This document shows, in pieces, positions 13,086 through 25,959 of a DNA stretch of 64,000 nucleotides (position 1 is the stretch's first letter; the number at the start of each line of letters is the position of its first letter). This stretch comes from Squalus acanthias (Eukaryota), in NCBI GenBank assembly GCA_030390025.1, contig CM059432.1:17796001-17860000 (forward strand). Reading direction: 5' to 3'. Under the pieces are notes generated by a model. The model made no database searches. It was not told the DNA's origin and saw only the letters and a program-made list of their open reading frames with translations. The position numbers and the translations under genes were made by a program.

Positions 13086-14129
13086 CTAGCTTAGCGGAAT
13101 TTCTCTGGGTTGGCAGTGTGCTTGGGCAGAGTTACTGCGTAGCTGCCAAACCCATTACAGATTGAGACAAAGCTACTCTTTGTAAAGTTACATTTGACCA
13201 TTTTTGTGTGTTCAATTAGTAAGTGACTCATGTTTACAGAAACATGTAAATTCACTTTTATTGTCAAGCTAGCTGCACTTTTGGATAAATGTGTGGCATT
13301 TGGAGACTTACTTCTCAGAGAAGTCTCAAACATCTTTCACATGTCAGAATTGGCATCTGACCTGTCCACTTTACTAATAAGTGGACAGCATTGTCTACTT
13401 TGGATTTTTCCCATTTAAGCTCCAATATGGTTTTCCTACTGCCTCACTATCTAATGGCCATACAAGTGGGGCATTTCATTGTCCCACCTTGGACTACAGT
13501 CAGCACATAGCTGTAGGTTACTTTGTCTCCGCCCTCCTTACTGGAAAAGTGCTTCCATGGGACACAGCAGCTTCAAAACACATATTGCATCCCTCTTTTA
13601 TCTCTTTACAAAAACTGTTTAGTAATCATGTCGTTCTGTACATGGCACTCTGACAATAGAAAGAGGATAGCAACAGGATATTGCTATTTGTCCCGTGGAG
13701 ACTAGTCTGCTGTTTTGTTAGTTTTAATAGCTCTCTCCCTTTTTAATCCCAATCCCCTGCTTCCCAAATAAGTATGTATTTTCCTTTTTAAACAGATCAG
13801 TTAACTCTTCATTCCACATTCTCACAACCCTTTTCTGTGAAGAAATGCAATGTTCTTTTACAATTTGAACATTACAATATAGTCAGAAAAACAATAGGTG
13901 TTATTTTCTCCTCCCCACCACTCCACATTCCTAGTCCTGCAATGTTCCCTGAATTTTTCGAAGAGTACCAACACTAGGAAGCCAAGAGAGGGGAAAAACT
14001 TGAAGACACATTAGGATGAGCCAACTATGAAACCAGAGGTGGGATGGAGACTGTGATGTTTCCTAATTTAGATGAGTAAGGACAATTCAAAATGTGTGTT
14101 ATGTGCAATGCAGCATACTTGGCACCTCA

Positions 14130-14560
14130 GAGGACTATAGCTGTATCCTTCAGCAGTGCAACAGGTTATGGTTTAGTGAGTTGAGTTTAGTGGTCTGGGT
14201 TAGAAGGTTTATAGTTTATCTGGGCAAGGTAGCTCTTGCATGCACAGTTAGTATCTGGGCAGACGGCAGTGCATTGGAGGGTTTAAGTACTGTCTGTCCA
14301 GATAGGCTTGTGTGATGTGGAGGTTACAGTTCCTGTTTGGATAGGGTAGGTCTGATGTGGAGAGTTAGAAGTGGCTGTTTGGGTAGGGTACTGCTGATGT
14401 GGAGGTTCAGTGGTGTCTGGGCAGAATAGTGCTAGTGTGAAGGGTTATCAGTGTCTTAAGCAGGATAGCTCTGGTTACAGTCTGTTAGCAATGTCTGTGC
14501 AGGACAACTCTGGTGAAGAGGTGTGTCTCAGCAGAGTTAGAGCTAGGTCTAGGTCACGTA
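14130..14560. repeat. Degenerate tandem array, period about 40 bp
   Basis: Recurring gtggagg(t)...gt(c/t)tggg(c/t)ag...ctgat units at about 14317, 14357, 14399 and 14437. Edges uncertain. Confidence 0.55.
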
Positions 14561-14781
14561 GTGCCTAATTGGCAGCAAGTATGTTCAGACAGTGTAGCAC
14601 AGGGAGCAACTAATATTGAGACCGCAGAAATGTCTTTGACACACTCTTACTCTGCCTTTGTCCATATATGGCTTGAAAGTGATATCAAGATAATCAAATC
14701 CATTGAGTATTATCCAATGGGTGTTGAAACCCACCAATATAAGTGATGTGATCAATGATGGGCATCGGTTGTATGCAAAAC

Positions 14782-14830
14782 TACCTTATAAGGTGCTGTC
14801 AGTTTACGTCATAATGCATACCAAATATGG
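14782..14830 (+). promoter_or_regulatory. S1 proximal promoter: two CArG boxes flanking a CRE-like site
   Basis: taCCTTATAAGG 14782-14793, TTACGTCA 14804-14811, taCCAAATATGG 14819-14830. Both boxes fit CC(A/T)6GG exactly. Confidence 0.65.
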
Positions 14831-14972
14831 TTGTTCATACACTACATGGCAGTACTATGTCATTCAACAATCGCGGTCCTAGGCATTAAAAGCTGCCTAC
14901 GGGAGCAAATATTCAATTGAAAATCTCAAATCAGTGAGATAGTATACAAGTCGGTTTGGAAATCAAGGAGTC

Positions 14973-15239
14973 ATGACCAAGTCAAGATATCGCAACAGAC
15001 GCAGTCGTCCACGCAAACGATATGGAAAACGGCTGCGGAAAACAAGGTGTCGAAGAAGAGGAAGGCGGATTAGCCGCAGACCTCGCCATACAACTTACAG
15101 GAGAAGAGTAAGGAAGATTGTGCATCTAAAACGCCGCAGTAGACCGCGAGATGAAATTGATAATTTGAAAGTAAAGAACAACAGACGTCTTAATGAATCG
15201 CTTAAGCAGCATAGAATGCCCATGAGGGTACCTGTCTGA
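14973..15239 (+). CDS. Spermatid-specific basic nuclear (intermediate/transition) protein S1 orthologue, 88 aa, intronless
   Basis: Uninterrupted ORF MTKSRYRNRRSRPRKRYGKR...LNESLKQHRMPMRVPV with 30 Arg + 9 Lys. Near-identical, from memory, to Scyliorhinus canicula spermatid protein S1. Start context gtcATGa, AATAAA at 15282-15287, non-repetitive flanks. Confidence 0.93.
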   Translation: MTKSRYRNRRSRPRKRYGKRLRKTRCRRRGRRISRRPRHTTYRRRVRKIVHLKRRSRPRDEIDNLKVKNNRRLNESLKQHRMPMRVPV

Positions 15240-15259
15240 ATGCCATGTTGCTACTTAAG

Positions 15260-15310
15260 AAAAGATTATCACTTGATATTGAATAAAAAAACAAGTACTT
15301 GAGACTTGGA
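15260..15310 (+). terminator. S1 polyadenylation signal block
   Basis: agattatcacttgatattgAATAAAaaaacaagtacttgagacttgg, homologous to the S2 3' end. Confidence 0.75.
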
Positions 15311-15864
15311 AAACAAATTTGCTGTGTTCACCTTGCATTTTTCTCTTGTGTATATAGGAAGAATAGTGTGCCACTTGTCGTTATTCAGTTAAACTACACT
15401 AATGAACTTTCAGTACCTCTGAAGTTCCCCAAATTATCTCAGAAGGGTACTGATGGTGAAATTTTAATACATTTTCAAAATTTATTTACAAAGGCCCTGT
15501 ACTCTAGGAATAAAGAGATGGGGTTTAGAAATATGGTGGAGGCAGAAAGTTGGGGGTTAAATGGCCATTTCCAGTACTTAACTTGTGTTCTTATGTAAAC
15601 TTAGACTTAGTAGTGAGAATGAGTTGGAGGAAGAAGCCGTATCTTAGAAAATAAATTAACCACAAGCAAGACCTTTCTTGAACATGTGTGAGAACTAATT
15701 GATCCAATATGCTGATCCATTAAGTGATACATCATGGGGGTTGGGGAACTAAAACTTTAGGGAAAGAACAGAGCAAGCCACCCCCCAGGAAACTATAGCA
15801 CATTGCCAAGCAACAGGTTACAGAGTGGCATCATTGGAGAGACAACAGCAACAACTTGCATTTA

Positions 15865-16455
15865 TCTTGTTTATTAATTCTCGGGAGGTGGGCATCGCTA
15901 GCAAAGCCAGTATTTATTGCCCATCCCTAGGTGCCTTTGAGAAGGTGGTAGAAAGCCATTCTCCTTGATTCGCTGCAGTCCATGTGAAGGTGCTCCCACA
16001 GTGCTGTTAGGTAGCGAGTTCCAAGATTTTGACCCAGCGACGATGAAGGACTTGGACATATATTGCCGTATGTGTCCAAGTCGGGATGGTGTGTGACTTG
16101 GAGGGGAACTTGGAGGTGATTGGGGTTCCCATGCACCTGTTGCTCTTGTCCTTCTAGGTGGTAGAGTTTGTGGGTTTGGGAGGTGATGCTGAAGAAGCCT
16201 TGACAAGTTACTATAGATAGTACACCCTGTGGTATAGGGAGTAGATGTTTAGGCTGTAGATGTTTAGGCTAGTGGATGAGGTGCATGGACTGCTTCATTA
16301 TCTGCAAATGGAGCTAAACACTGCAATCATCAGTGAACAACCCCACTTCTTACCGTATGATGGAGGGAAGGTCATTGATGAAGCAGCTCAAGAGAGTTGT
16401 GCCTAGAACGTTGCCCTGAGGAACTCCTGCAGTGGTGTCCTGGGGCTGAGATGTT
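15865..16455 (-). mobile_element. CR1/L2-group LINE fragments (second family)
   Basis: GVPQGNVLG...FINDLPS RT motif and KSWNSLP C-terminus on the minus strand. Tail gggatgggcaataaa. Related pieces at 1-40 and 46465-46990. Confidence 0.75.
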
Positions 16456-16459
16456 TGGC

Positions 16460-17060
16460 CTTTAGCACATTTAACATAGTTAAATGTTCCAAGGCATTTC
16501 ACAGGAGCATAATCAGACAAAAATTGACACTGAGCCAAAGAAAGAGACAGGACAGGTGACCAAAATCTTGGTCAAAGCGATAGGTTTTAAGGAGCATCTT
16601 AAAGGAAGAGAGAGAGGTGGAGAGGTTTAGGGAGGGAATTCCAGAGCTTAGACCATTGAAGGCATTGCCACCAATGGTGGGGTGAAGGAAATGGGGGTTG
16701 CACAAGAGGCCAGAGTTGGAGGAATGCAGAATTCTCAAAGGGTTGTATGGCTGGAGGAGGTTACATAGATAGGGAGAGGCGAGGCCATAGAGGGATTTGA
16801 ACACAAGGATGAGAATTTTGAAATCGAGGCGTTGGTGGATTCGGAGCCAATGCAGATCAGCAAGCGCAAGGGTGATGGGTGAGTGGGACTTGGTGCGAGT
16901 TGGGATATGGACAGAAGAGTTTTGGATGAGCTTAAGTTTATGGAGGGTGTAAGATGGGAGGCTGGCCAGGAGATCATTGGAATAGTCAAGTCTGAAGGTA
17001 GCAAAAGCATGGATGAGGGTTTCAGCAGCAGTTGGGCTGAGGTAGGGGCGGAGACGGGTG
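16460..17060 (-). mobile_element. L2 LINE 3' portion
   Basis: AAETLIHAFATFRLDYSN...LHWL in ORF 16499-17233. Confidence 0.9.
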
Positions 17061-17089
17061 CTATTACAGTGCAGTGCGGAGACAGGTGC

Positions 17090-17382
17090 TTTTACTGAGA
17101 GAGTGCTGCACTGTCGAAGGTGCCGTATTTCGGATGAGACATTAAGCCCGTCTGCTCTCTCAGGTGGACGTAAAAGATCCCATGACACTATTTCAAAGGA
17201 GAGCAGGGGAGTTATCCCTGATTTCCTGACCAATATTTATAGATCAATCAACATTATCATATCAGCTTATCTGGTCATTATCACATTGCTGTTTTGTGGG
17301 ACCATGTGCAAATTAGCTGCCGTGTTTCCTATATTACAACAGTGACTAAACTTCAAAAGTACTTCATTGGCTGTAAAGCGCT
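17090..17382 (+). mobile_element. SacSINE1-like SINE, partial
   Basis: Reverse complement of the core of 3352-3812. Confidence 0.8.
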
Positions 17383-17384
17383 TT

Positions 17385-18380
17385 GAGTCATAGAATGGTT
17401 ACAGCACAGAAGGAGGCCATTCGTCCCGTCGAGCCCGTGCCGGCTCTCTGCAAGAGCATTTCAGCTAGTCCCACTCCCCCGCCCTTTCCCTGGATCCCTG
17501 CAAATTTTTCCTTCAGGTATTTATCCAATTCCCTTTTGAAAGCCACATTTGAGTCTGCCTCCACCACCCTTTCAGGCAGTGCATTCCAGATCCTAACCAC
17601 TCGCTGCGTAAAAAAGTTTTTCCTCATGTCGCCTTTGGTTCTTTTGCCAATCACCTGAAATCTGTGTCCTCTGGTTCTCGACCATTGCACCAATGGGAAC
17701 AGTTTCTCTCTATCTACTCTGTCTAGACCCATCATGATTTTGAACACCTCTATCAAATCTCCTCTCAACCTTCTCTGCTCGAAGGAGAACAACTCCAGCT
17801 TCTCTAGTCTATCCACGTAACTGAAGTCCCTCATCCCTGGAACCATTCTCGTAAATCTTATCTGTACCCTCTCTAAGGCCTTCACATCCTTCCTAAAGTG
17901 TGGTGCCGAGATTTGAACACAGTACTCCAGTTGAGGCCGAACCAGTATTTTATAAAGTTTCATCATAACTTCCTTGCTTTTGTAACTCTATGCCTCTATT
18001 TATGAAGCCCAGGATCCCGTATGCTTTTTTAACCACTTTCTCAACCTGCCCTGCCACCTTCAACGATTTGTGCACATATACCCCCAGGTCTCTCTGTTCA
18101 TGCACTCCTTTGGATTTGTACCCTTTAGTTTATATTGCCTCTCCTCGTTCTTCCTACCAAAATGTATCACTTCGCACTTTTCTGCGTTAAATTTCATCTG
18201 CCACATGTCAGCCCATTCCACCAGCCTGTCTATGTCCTCTTGAAGTCTATCACTATCCTCCTCACTGTTCACTATACTTCCAAGCTTTGTGTCATCTGCA
18301 AATTTTGAAATTGTGCCCTGTACTTCCAAGTCCAAGTCATTAATATATATCAAGAAAAGCAGTGATCCTAGTACCGACCC
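17385..18380 (-). mobile_element. CR1 LINE 3' 1 kb
   Basis: FLIYINDL, KFADDTK, RPQLEYC and NFFTQRVVRIWNALP in ORFs 18060-18455 and 17388-17966. Confidence 0.92.
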
Positions 18381-19444
18381 CGAAACTAACAACTGCTGAT
18401 ATTGAACCTGGGACCCTAGACACTGCTGATATTCATTCATTTCCTTCACATTCATTCAATCTTTCAAGCCACTCCACTTGGGATGTCCTGAGGAAATATA
18501 AGTCTTTTTTGATACAGAGGTGAAAGTGGACGGTCTTTGTGATGGAGAGGATATGGGGTTGGAAGGTCAGCTCAGGGTCAAATAGGGTGCCAAGGTTGCG
18601 AACAGTCTGGTTCAGCCCGAGACCGTGGCCAAGGAGGGGAATGGAATCTGTGGCTAGGGAACAGAGTTTGTGATGGGGGCCCCAGACAAATGGCTTGTCA
18701 GGTTATCTTGGAATAAGTCACATTGAGCCAACATTGAGGAAACCATGTACTGAGCATGCTCATAAACATTTGCATTGTGACCTCATGTGGGAAACATTGG
18801 CAAGGCCACTTTTATTGTCCTTTTTTTCTCACCTGAGTGGTTTACTCGGAACTTCAGAAGACATTAAGGAGTCAACCACAGGTGTAGGCCAGATTTTGTA
18901 GGTTCCCTTTGTCCCTGAACAACATAATGCGTCAGTTTTTATGACAAACTGACAGCTATCATGGGCATGACATTACTGAATTTAGTTTCACAATTTGATG
19001 AGATTTAACATCACGACTTCTGAGTTACTAGAACAGGTCCATACCCACTACACTACCATCAGTTAATGATGATGGGTGGCTACACATTGACTTTCTGTTC
19101 CCACCAGTAGAAAGCTTTAGGACCTGTATTATAGAAACTAGTTGATTCGTCCCCCACTTTGAAAGGTGCTGTGCAACTGCCCAGCTTCTAAAACTAGGCT
19201 CTGTAGCATTTATAAGAAAGGATAAGTACATTTTGAAGCAGTTTTAATCATTTTTGTTAGTGTTTACTGTGTTTTACTCATTTTCCATTTTCAGCTCCTC
19301 TTATGCAGCTTGGCTGACTCCAATATTTAGAATCGTATAATCATAGAATAGTACAGTACAGAAGGAGGCCATTCAGCCCATCGGGTTTGCACCAATGGAT
19401 TGCTCTTTCGAAGAGCAATCCAGTTAGTCCCACTCCCCCGCTCT

Positions 19445-19810
19445 GAGTGTCAGCATACATGTGGAACCTAACACCCAGCTCTACCTCAGAACCACCTCTC
19501 TCGACCCCTCCACTGTCAGACTGCTTGTCCGACATCCAGCGCTGGATGGGCAGAAATTTCCTCCATCTAAATATTGGGAAGACCGAAGCCAGTGTCTTCG
19601 GTCCCCCGCCACAAACTCCGTTCCCTCGCCACCGACGCCATCCCTCTCCCTGGCCACTCTGTCCGAGGCTGAACCAGACTGTTCGCAACCTTGGTGTCGT
19701 ATTTGATCCTGAGATGAGCTTCCGACCACACATCCGAGCCATCACTATGACCTCCTATTCCCATCTCCCGACTCTGCCGCCGCACCCCCCCCCCCCCCGC
19801 CTCAGCTCAT
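19445..19810 (+). mobile_element. L2 RT fragment
   Basis: CLSDIQRWMGRNFLHLNIGKTE...VRNLGVVFD. Confidence 0.85.
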
Positions 19811-20584
19811 ACGCCAGTTGTAGGACCCCAATTGCAGTTTCTAGGTACAAATGGACAGAGTGAAGTGAAAAGTTAATGAAATAAGTTTGTTTCACTGTTT
19901 TTTGGGGGGGAATTTTACTGCAATTTTCTGGGAGCTGCACTGTTGGTCAAGGGGAAGTGTGGTCGGAAGCCTTAAGGAGGCCTTGGCAATTAATTGGTAC
20001 TTCCATCCCTCTCCGCAGTATGGGTGTATTATTTGCAATCCCTTTACACTGGGCATATTTGGAGGAAGAGAAGCAGAAGAAAGAAGAGGCAACTTAGGAC
20101 GACTGAGAGGCCAGACATGATTAGGAGGTGGAAGGAATCTACTTGGCCATTGATTTATCGGCACTGCAGCACTTTTCTGGGCCGCACTGAAGATCCGTGG
20201 AGGCTATGGTTCCCTAAACGAGTGGTCTAGTAGTCGGCTGCAGAAAGACAACACTCATTCACCTTAAATTTGTTTGCCGCGGGGTCTTTCTGATGTCCGC
20301 AATATCGTTCAGTCTGTTGTACATAGCTGCCTCAAACAGGTGACTCATACATTGCTTAAAAGAGCTAACCAATCAAGTTCCCCTTGGAGTAACAGGTTTG
20401 AGCCCTGGGCATTTTCAGACTTCCCCAAAGTTCGGGGTAGTCAATATCACTCACGTAGCCTTTCAGAATCTTCCTCAAGTATGTGCTCCCGATATGAACA
20501 TCAATGTCTAAAATTGGCCACTAATTCCTTCCACGACACCATTCCCCTTGTCTATGCATTATAGACAGGCACCTCTGCAATTAA

Positions 20585-20767
20585 CACAATAGCAAAATAC
20601 TGTGGATGCTGGAAATCTGAAATAACAACAGAAAATGCTAGAAGCACTCAGCAGGCCAGGCAGCATCCGTGGAGAGATGAAGGGTCACAGACCTGAAATG
20701 TTAACTCTGTTTCTCTCTCCACGGATGCTGCCTGACCTGCTGAGTGCATCCAGCATTTTCTGTTGTT
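20585..20767. mobile_element. Penelope (family 2) inverted pLTR remnant
   Basis: Inverted arms of the gatgctgcctgacctgctgag repeat. Flanking duplication acctctgcaattaa 20571-20584 and acctatgcaattaa 20768-20781. Confidence 0.8.
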
Positions 20768-20848
20768 ACCTATGCAATTAAACGCTTCAAGCTTACAGAG
20801 TGATGCGTGCAGATAAGTTTTCTTGGTAAAGTTCTGTGTCTAATCACA

Positions 20849-21240
20849 GGGTATGATAGTGTAGTGGGTATGTTACTGGGCTACCAATCCAGTTGTCCTG
20901 GACTGGACTAATAATCCACAGAATGTGAGTTCAAATCGCCACCATGGTAGTTTGAGAATTTGAATTCTGTTTAAGAAATGTGGAAATAAAAAGGTAGTAT
21001 CAGTAAAAAGTGACCACGAAGCTTGGCGTGAAAACTCAACTGGTTGACTAATGTCCTTTAGGAAAGGAAGCCTGCTATCCTCATCTGGTCTGGCCTATAA
21101 GTGACTCCAGTCACACACCAACATGGTTGATTCTTAACTGCCCTCTTACGTGGCCTAGCAGTCACTCTGTTGTATCACCATCTTCTACTAGGGATGGGCA
21201 ATAAATGCCAGCCTTGCCAGTGATGCCCATATCTCAAGAA
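20849..21240 (+). mobile_element. tRNA-derived SINE with CR1/L2-group tail
   Basis: A-box-like tagtgtagtggg, B-box gagttcaaatc, tail gggatgggcaataaatgccagcc. Minus-strand relatives near 18800-19060 and 39880-40180. Confidence 0.7.
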
Positions 21241-21319
21241 GGTTGTTTGATGTGCCGGACTATCTATTCTGGTGCCTCATCTCAGTGTAATTCCATAGAC
21301 AGGAGACTAGGAGAAGGGT

Positions 21320-21411
21320 CTCCACGGATGCTGCCTGACCTGCTGAGTGCTTCCCTGTGCATTTTCTGTTATTATTTCAGATTTCCAGCATCCGCAGTAT
21401 TTTGTTATTGT
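21320..21411 (+). mobile_element. Penelope (family 2) pLTR tail fragment
   Basis: Flanked by a perfect 14-bp duplication actaggagaagggt at 21306-21319 and 21412-21425. Confidence 0.85.
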
Positions 21412-21429
21412 ACTAGGAGAAGGGTGCCA

Positions 21430-23030
21430 GCTGTGTATCTGGGCGAGGTTCCTGGGATTCAGATGATACTCTGGGGGTACTTGTCAACTGCCATCTTGTC
21501 CAAGCTCAGGTTGGATTGTGGGAGAGAATGTCGGAACATTTGGGCAGTGAGGTCCACTGCCTCACTGCCCCGACTGGAAATTTCCCTCTCGCTGCCACTG
21601 CTGGGACCACCACTAGCTCCTCATTCCCGACCCACTGCATGAAAATATCGATGGGCAGGCAGGGCTTGGTCCACCACAGAACCACAATTACCATCGGCAT
21701 GCAGAAGGTGGCCCTGGGAAGTGGCGGTGGAGGGAGAGGCCTGTAGTGACAGGGGAATGGGCAGGTCACCAGAATCGCTGAGCAATTAACTCATCCCTTG
21801 AGGTGGCCTTCCTTCTTATCCTGCTTTCTCATCTTCATCCTGGCTTTCCTCGTCTGATGAGCACTGCTGCTGTTACTGTGCCTCCTCAAAATGCAGGCCT
21901 CTCTGTATGGCAGGGTTACGCAGGGTGCAGCAACACCACTGTGACGCGGGAGACACTTTGTGACGCATATTGTAGGGAGCCCCCAGGCCTGTCCAGACAC
22001 CTGAACCTCTGTTGCAGAAGCACTATAGTGTGCCTAGGAATCATGCTGGTAGATTTGATTATATCTGTGTTGCTCAGGTGTGCTGGGTTTGCGGAGGGGG
22101 TGTCATGACCTATGTGGGTAGGGGGTATCCAGCAGCTATCCTGTCACATTAGTGGAAGGGTTGAGTGTTGGGGTGGGGGGGGGGGGCGGGGGTGCGGGAT
22201 AGGGATGGTTGAGTGTTGCACATTGTGACAGCTGCCTGGGTATCTTGTACAACTTGCATGATCTTGTTTCTGTGATCAGAGACTAGCCGGACATTAATGG
22301 AGTGGCAGCCCTTCCTATTCACGAATGCTGCTAGCTGGTGTCATGGTGCCCTGATGTCAACACATTCTGGACGTGAGGGAAGCCAGCCACTGCTGTAAAT
22401 CCCGAGCTCTCTCCTGTTGACGTTGAGGTCGATGGGGAAGGTGATGTACCGGTTAGCCCTGCAGCTGTGTACTGCATGTGGGACATGGACCCTGCAGCAG
22501 GGGCTGGAAAGAACCAGTGGCAAAGAAGATAAAGGCTGTGGTGACTTCGTGGCCACTGGCAAAGCATGGTCCCCTGGCACAGCAGGTCCTGTTGCAGGAG
22601 GCTGCAGAGGTCTGCGACAGCCTGCCTGGAGAAGCGCAGCCTTTCTGAGGCATTGATCTTCAGATAGCTCGAAGCAAGTGACTTGGCCTGTGCACCCTGT
22701 GTGCTTGTCTAGGGCCTCCTGCCAGCAGCCCCCTCACCCACTGTCTTCTAATAGGCTCAGCTGCTGAGCGTGCTTGTTGCTGAGGCTGCCACGCCTGCTC
22801 CTCTTCCTTCCACCAACAGCTCCTCCATCCAAATTAAACTGGCGACAATGGCACCCACAATAAGCAGATAGAGGTTACTGAGGTTAAGTAAGGCAAAGCA
22901 AGTGAGAAAGAAGCGATCCGGAAGCTGGAAACTCTCCTGGGAATCCGAATAGCACAATGGCACACAGATCCTCTGATCCAATTACCTGCAGGTGAGTGCC
23001 CCTTTAAATACTGAGAGACCAATCCCACTA
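21430..23030 (-). mobile_element. Degenerate PIF/Harbinger element
   Basis: Minus strand 22500-22650 reads RLRFSRQAVADLCSLLQQDL...LPVA...FFATGSFQ (HARBI1-like N-terminus) across frameshifts. Confidence 0.65.
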
Positions 23031-23099
23031 GGTTTTACTGGTGGGTTGTTCACTGCACCCTGACACCATTCCTCTTAAATTCAACCCTAGGAACTTCCC

Positions 23100-23380
23100 T
23101 TAAAAGGTGGCCGTCCAAAGTCCAGGGTGGACACGGCCCATGGGTGGTGCTCGCTCTGGCTTGCCCGCCTCTCTTCTGTGGCTTTGTCTGTGACCGGGTG
23201 GTCCTGGAGAAGGAGCAGGCGGTGTCCGCCGGTACGCTCGAGGCCTTCTGCGAGCGGTGACTGGAATGCTTGGTCAACAGAGGACATAATATTATGATTC
23301 AATTTGTTAAGTTTCCTCTGTCATTTTTTTTAATGATTTGGGTTTTATTAGTTGTGTCCCTCTAAAAAGGGGGCACTTTT
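23100..23380 (+). mobile_element. Tx1-clade LINE 3' end
   Basis: PLFCGFVCDRVVLEKEQAVSAGTLEAFCER resembles Tx1 ORF2 C-termini as I recall them. Confidence 0.55.
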
Positions 23381-23827
23381 GTTAAGATTCTTTTGGGACA
23401 ACCCAGTGTCTCCTTAAGGGTTTCAATTAAAAGATTAGAGCTGTTAGTTTCGTGCTGATAAAAATAGCAACCTCACCTCCTCTTTGACCTATTCCATCCT
23501 TCCTGAATCCCTTGTAGCCTTTTAGGTGAATTACTGTCCCATCACTTTCATCTAGCCAAGCAACTTGAACCCAGCTCTCCTCAGCTGTAGGTGGTTGGTG
23601 GTTGCTGTTGCTAGTGGTTGGGAGTGTGTGGGTTGTAGGAGTATTGACTAGACCATGGTCAAGCAAAGCAAAGCAAGAGGAGGAACTTCCCTTAAGATAG
23701 TTGCTCGAAGTCAACAACTTTAATTTGAATACTGGATGTTCAATGAGGAACTGAGAAAGAGAAAATGTGCTCCACAAGGGAGGAAGCCCCAATAACCCAT
23801 GAGTGCTAAAATCACAAGTCAGTTATG

Positions 23828-24538
23828 GGGCCAAAAATTCGGCCCTTGCCGGGTGAGTACGCACTGTGTACTCACCCGTAAGGCCTCCTGAAGTGCCGGT
23901 TTCCTGCATGCATTGCGCATGCGCGGCGGTAGAGGCTGCGCGCACGCAGCAAACTTAGGGTTTTTTTCAGGTTTCTCTGGGAGGGTAAGTATTGAAGAAC
24001 CTGCGCTTTTAAAAAGGAGGCACAGGACCTGTTTTCAACAAGGTAAGTGGTTAATTAATTATAATTTAAAAAAAATGTCAACAGGTTTATCTTTTTTAGA
24101 TACTTTAAAGAAAGGTAAGTTTATTTTTAGCACTGTTAAAAAGTATTTTAATTTTTTCAAAAATTTAAATTTTTGTTTAAAGTAGTTAATTTATTTAACT
24201 TATAGTTATTTTATAAATGTGATGGTTTTTAAAAAAAATTATTTTAAGTTTAGCTGTTCTTTTGGGGCCGATTTCAATTCATAGATTTGACAGGTCTTCC
24301 TGTCAAATCTATGAATGAAAGATGGTCTGCTGCCATTGGCTCTCCATGGCCCACGTGATCCCAGGGGACGCATCGCACTAACTACGCCCCTGGGACACGC
24401 AAGCACTGCGCGCCGGCACTTGGAGCAGGCCCAGGAGCTGAAGTTCCCGTGAGCCCAGAGGTCAACGGCAGGCGCGGTAGGTAAGTGCGTGCGCGATCCT
24501 TACCCCCGCGGCAAGCCGGAGAGGTGAATTTCAGGGCC
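23828..24538. mobile_element. Harbinger-type MITE
   Basis: TIRs gggccaaaaattc and gaatttcagggcc; 3-bp TSD ATG at 23825-23827 and 24539-24541. Confidence 0.75.
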
Positions 24539-24673
24539 ATGATCTTGTGCTTTAAGCCTTTCCCTCATTTTAACTGCCGAAAACAAGGTTATGGGGCCAC
24601 AGGCCTGGTTAATATATATAAGTTATGGTTGGTCTATTAGTTGAGAGGGGTGACATTTAATGTGTTACTCAAT

Positions 24674-25407
24674 GGGCCAGATATTCCGATCCCTACGGGT
24701 GTGTACGCGCTGTGTACACACCCGTAGGGACATCGGAATGTCGGTTTCAGGCATGCACAGTGCATGCGCTGAAAACCGGCATTTCCGATCTAAGATCAGA
24801 GGCCTGCCCTGGAGAAGGGCCTCTGCGGGCGGATAGTTACACTTTCTGGAGACCCTCCGCCCGCAGAAAACCCTTAGAAATCTTACGCTTAGTAAAAGCA
24901 GGCCTCAGGCCTGCTTTTACCAGGATAAGAGTTGAAAAAAGTAAAATAAAAATAAAAAATTTCACTCATTTATCATTTGAAAATACTTTAAAAAAAGGTA
25001 AATTTATTTTTAGCCCAGTAAAAAACTTTATTTTTTTCAAAAAATTTAATTTTTGTTTAAAATATTTAATTTATTGTAATTTCAACTAATTTTTAAAATG
25101 TGATTTTAAAAAAAAAATTATTTAATGTTTTAAAGTGTTTTTGGGGTGATTTCCATTCATATATTTGACAGGTCTATCTGTCAAGTGTATGAAGGGAGAT
25201 TCCCTTTTCTTTGATTGACTCCCCATGGCCCACGTGATCCCAGGGACGCTTGCGAACCACCTGCGCCCCTGGGATACGTGGGCCCTGCACACTTGGAGTT
25301 GGGCATCAGAACTATACGCACCTCGGGAGCCCTCAGGTAAGTGCGTAGATTTTTTCCAGATCGGAGGCCTCTGCACGCAGGAAGCCTCCGATCGGAAAAT
25401 ACGGCCC
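24674..25407. mobile_element. Harbinger-type MITE related to 23828-24538
   Basis: TIRs gggccagatattccgatc and gatcggaaaatacggccc; TSD AAT at 24671-24673 and 25408-25410; internal blocks shared with the neighbouring MITE. Confidence 0.8.
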
Positions 25408-25959
25408 AATAAATGTCATTTAATAACCATGAACTATTACTATAAGGATGTAAATATCTGCATGGAGTATGATCAGGCTTATGTTTTTCCATGTTGATAT
25501 TCTGACACATATCTCTGTGACATATATTGTTTCAGCTCAAGTTGGATACTTCACATGCCAGCTCTCGTGTGATCTGGAAGTCAAGTTTTATATTATATTC
25601 GACTCAACATGCTAATATTAAAATAATACATTTGAAAACATTTCAAACCTCTTGTGACAACATTTCTCTACTGGGCAAAGCAGCAGTTACTTTATCATCA
25701 ATAAAAGAATGTAAACCTCAGTAAGATGAATCTCTGCAAAAAATGGCGAGAATGTGTAATCACAATATTTGTGTGTGCTACCATTCAATTGACCATCTAA
25801 TGTAATTGCTGGAAAATGAGCCAGGAGAGCCAAATCAAAATGGGCAAAACCTCTGAAATCCAAACAATTCAAGGAACAGGTGAATGAAGAACAGTTCACC
25901 TCAATGGTCACTTCTCTAAACTAATGAGACCAAGTAGGGCTGTAAACCATACACAAAAA

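Noticed and set aside
15410..15453. Imperfect inverted repeat downstream of S1
   Set aside because: Short, gapped, beyond the poly(A) signal and not shared with the paralogues.
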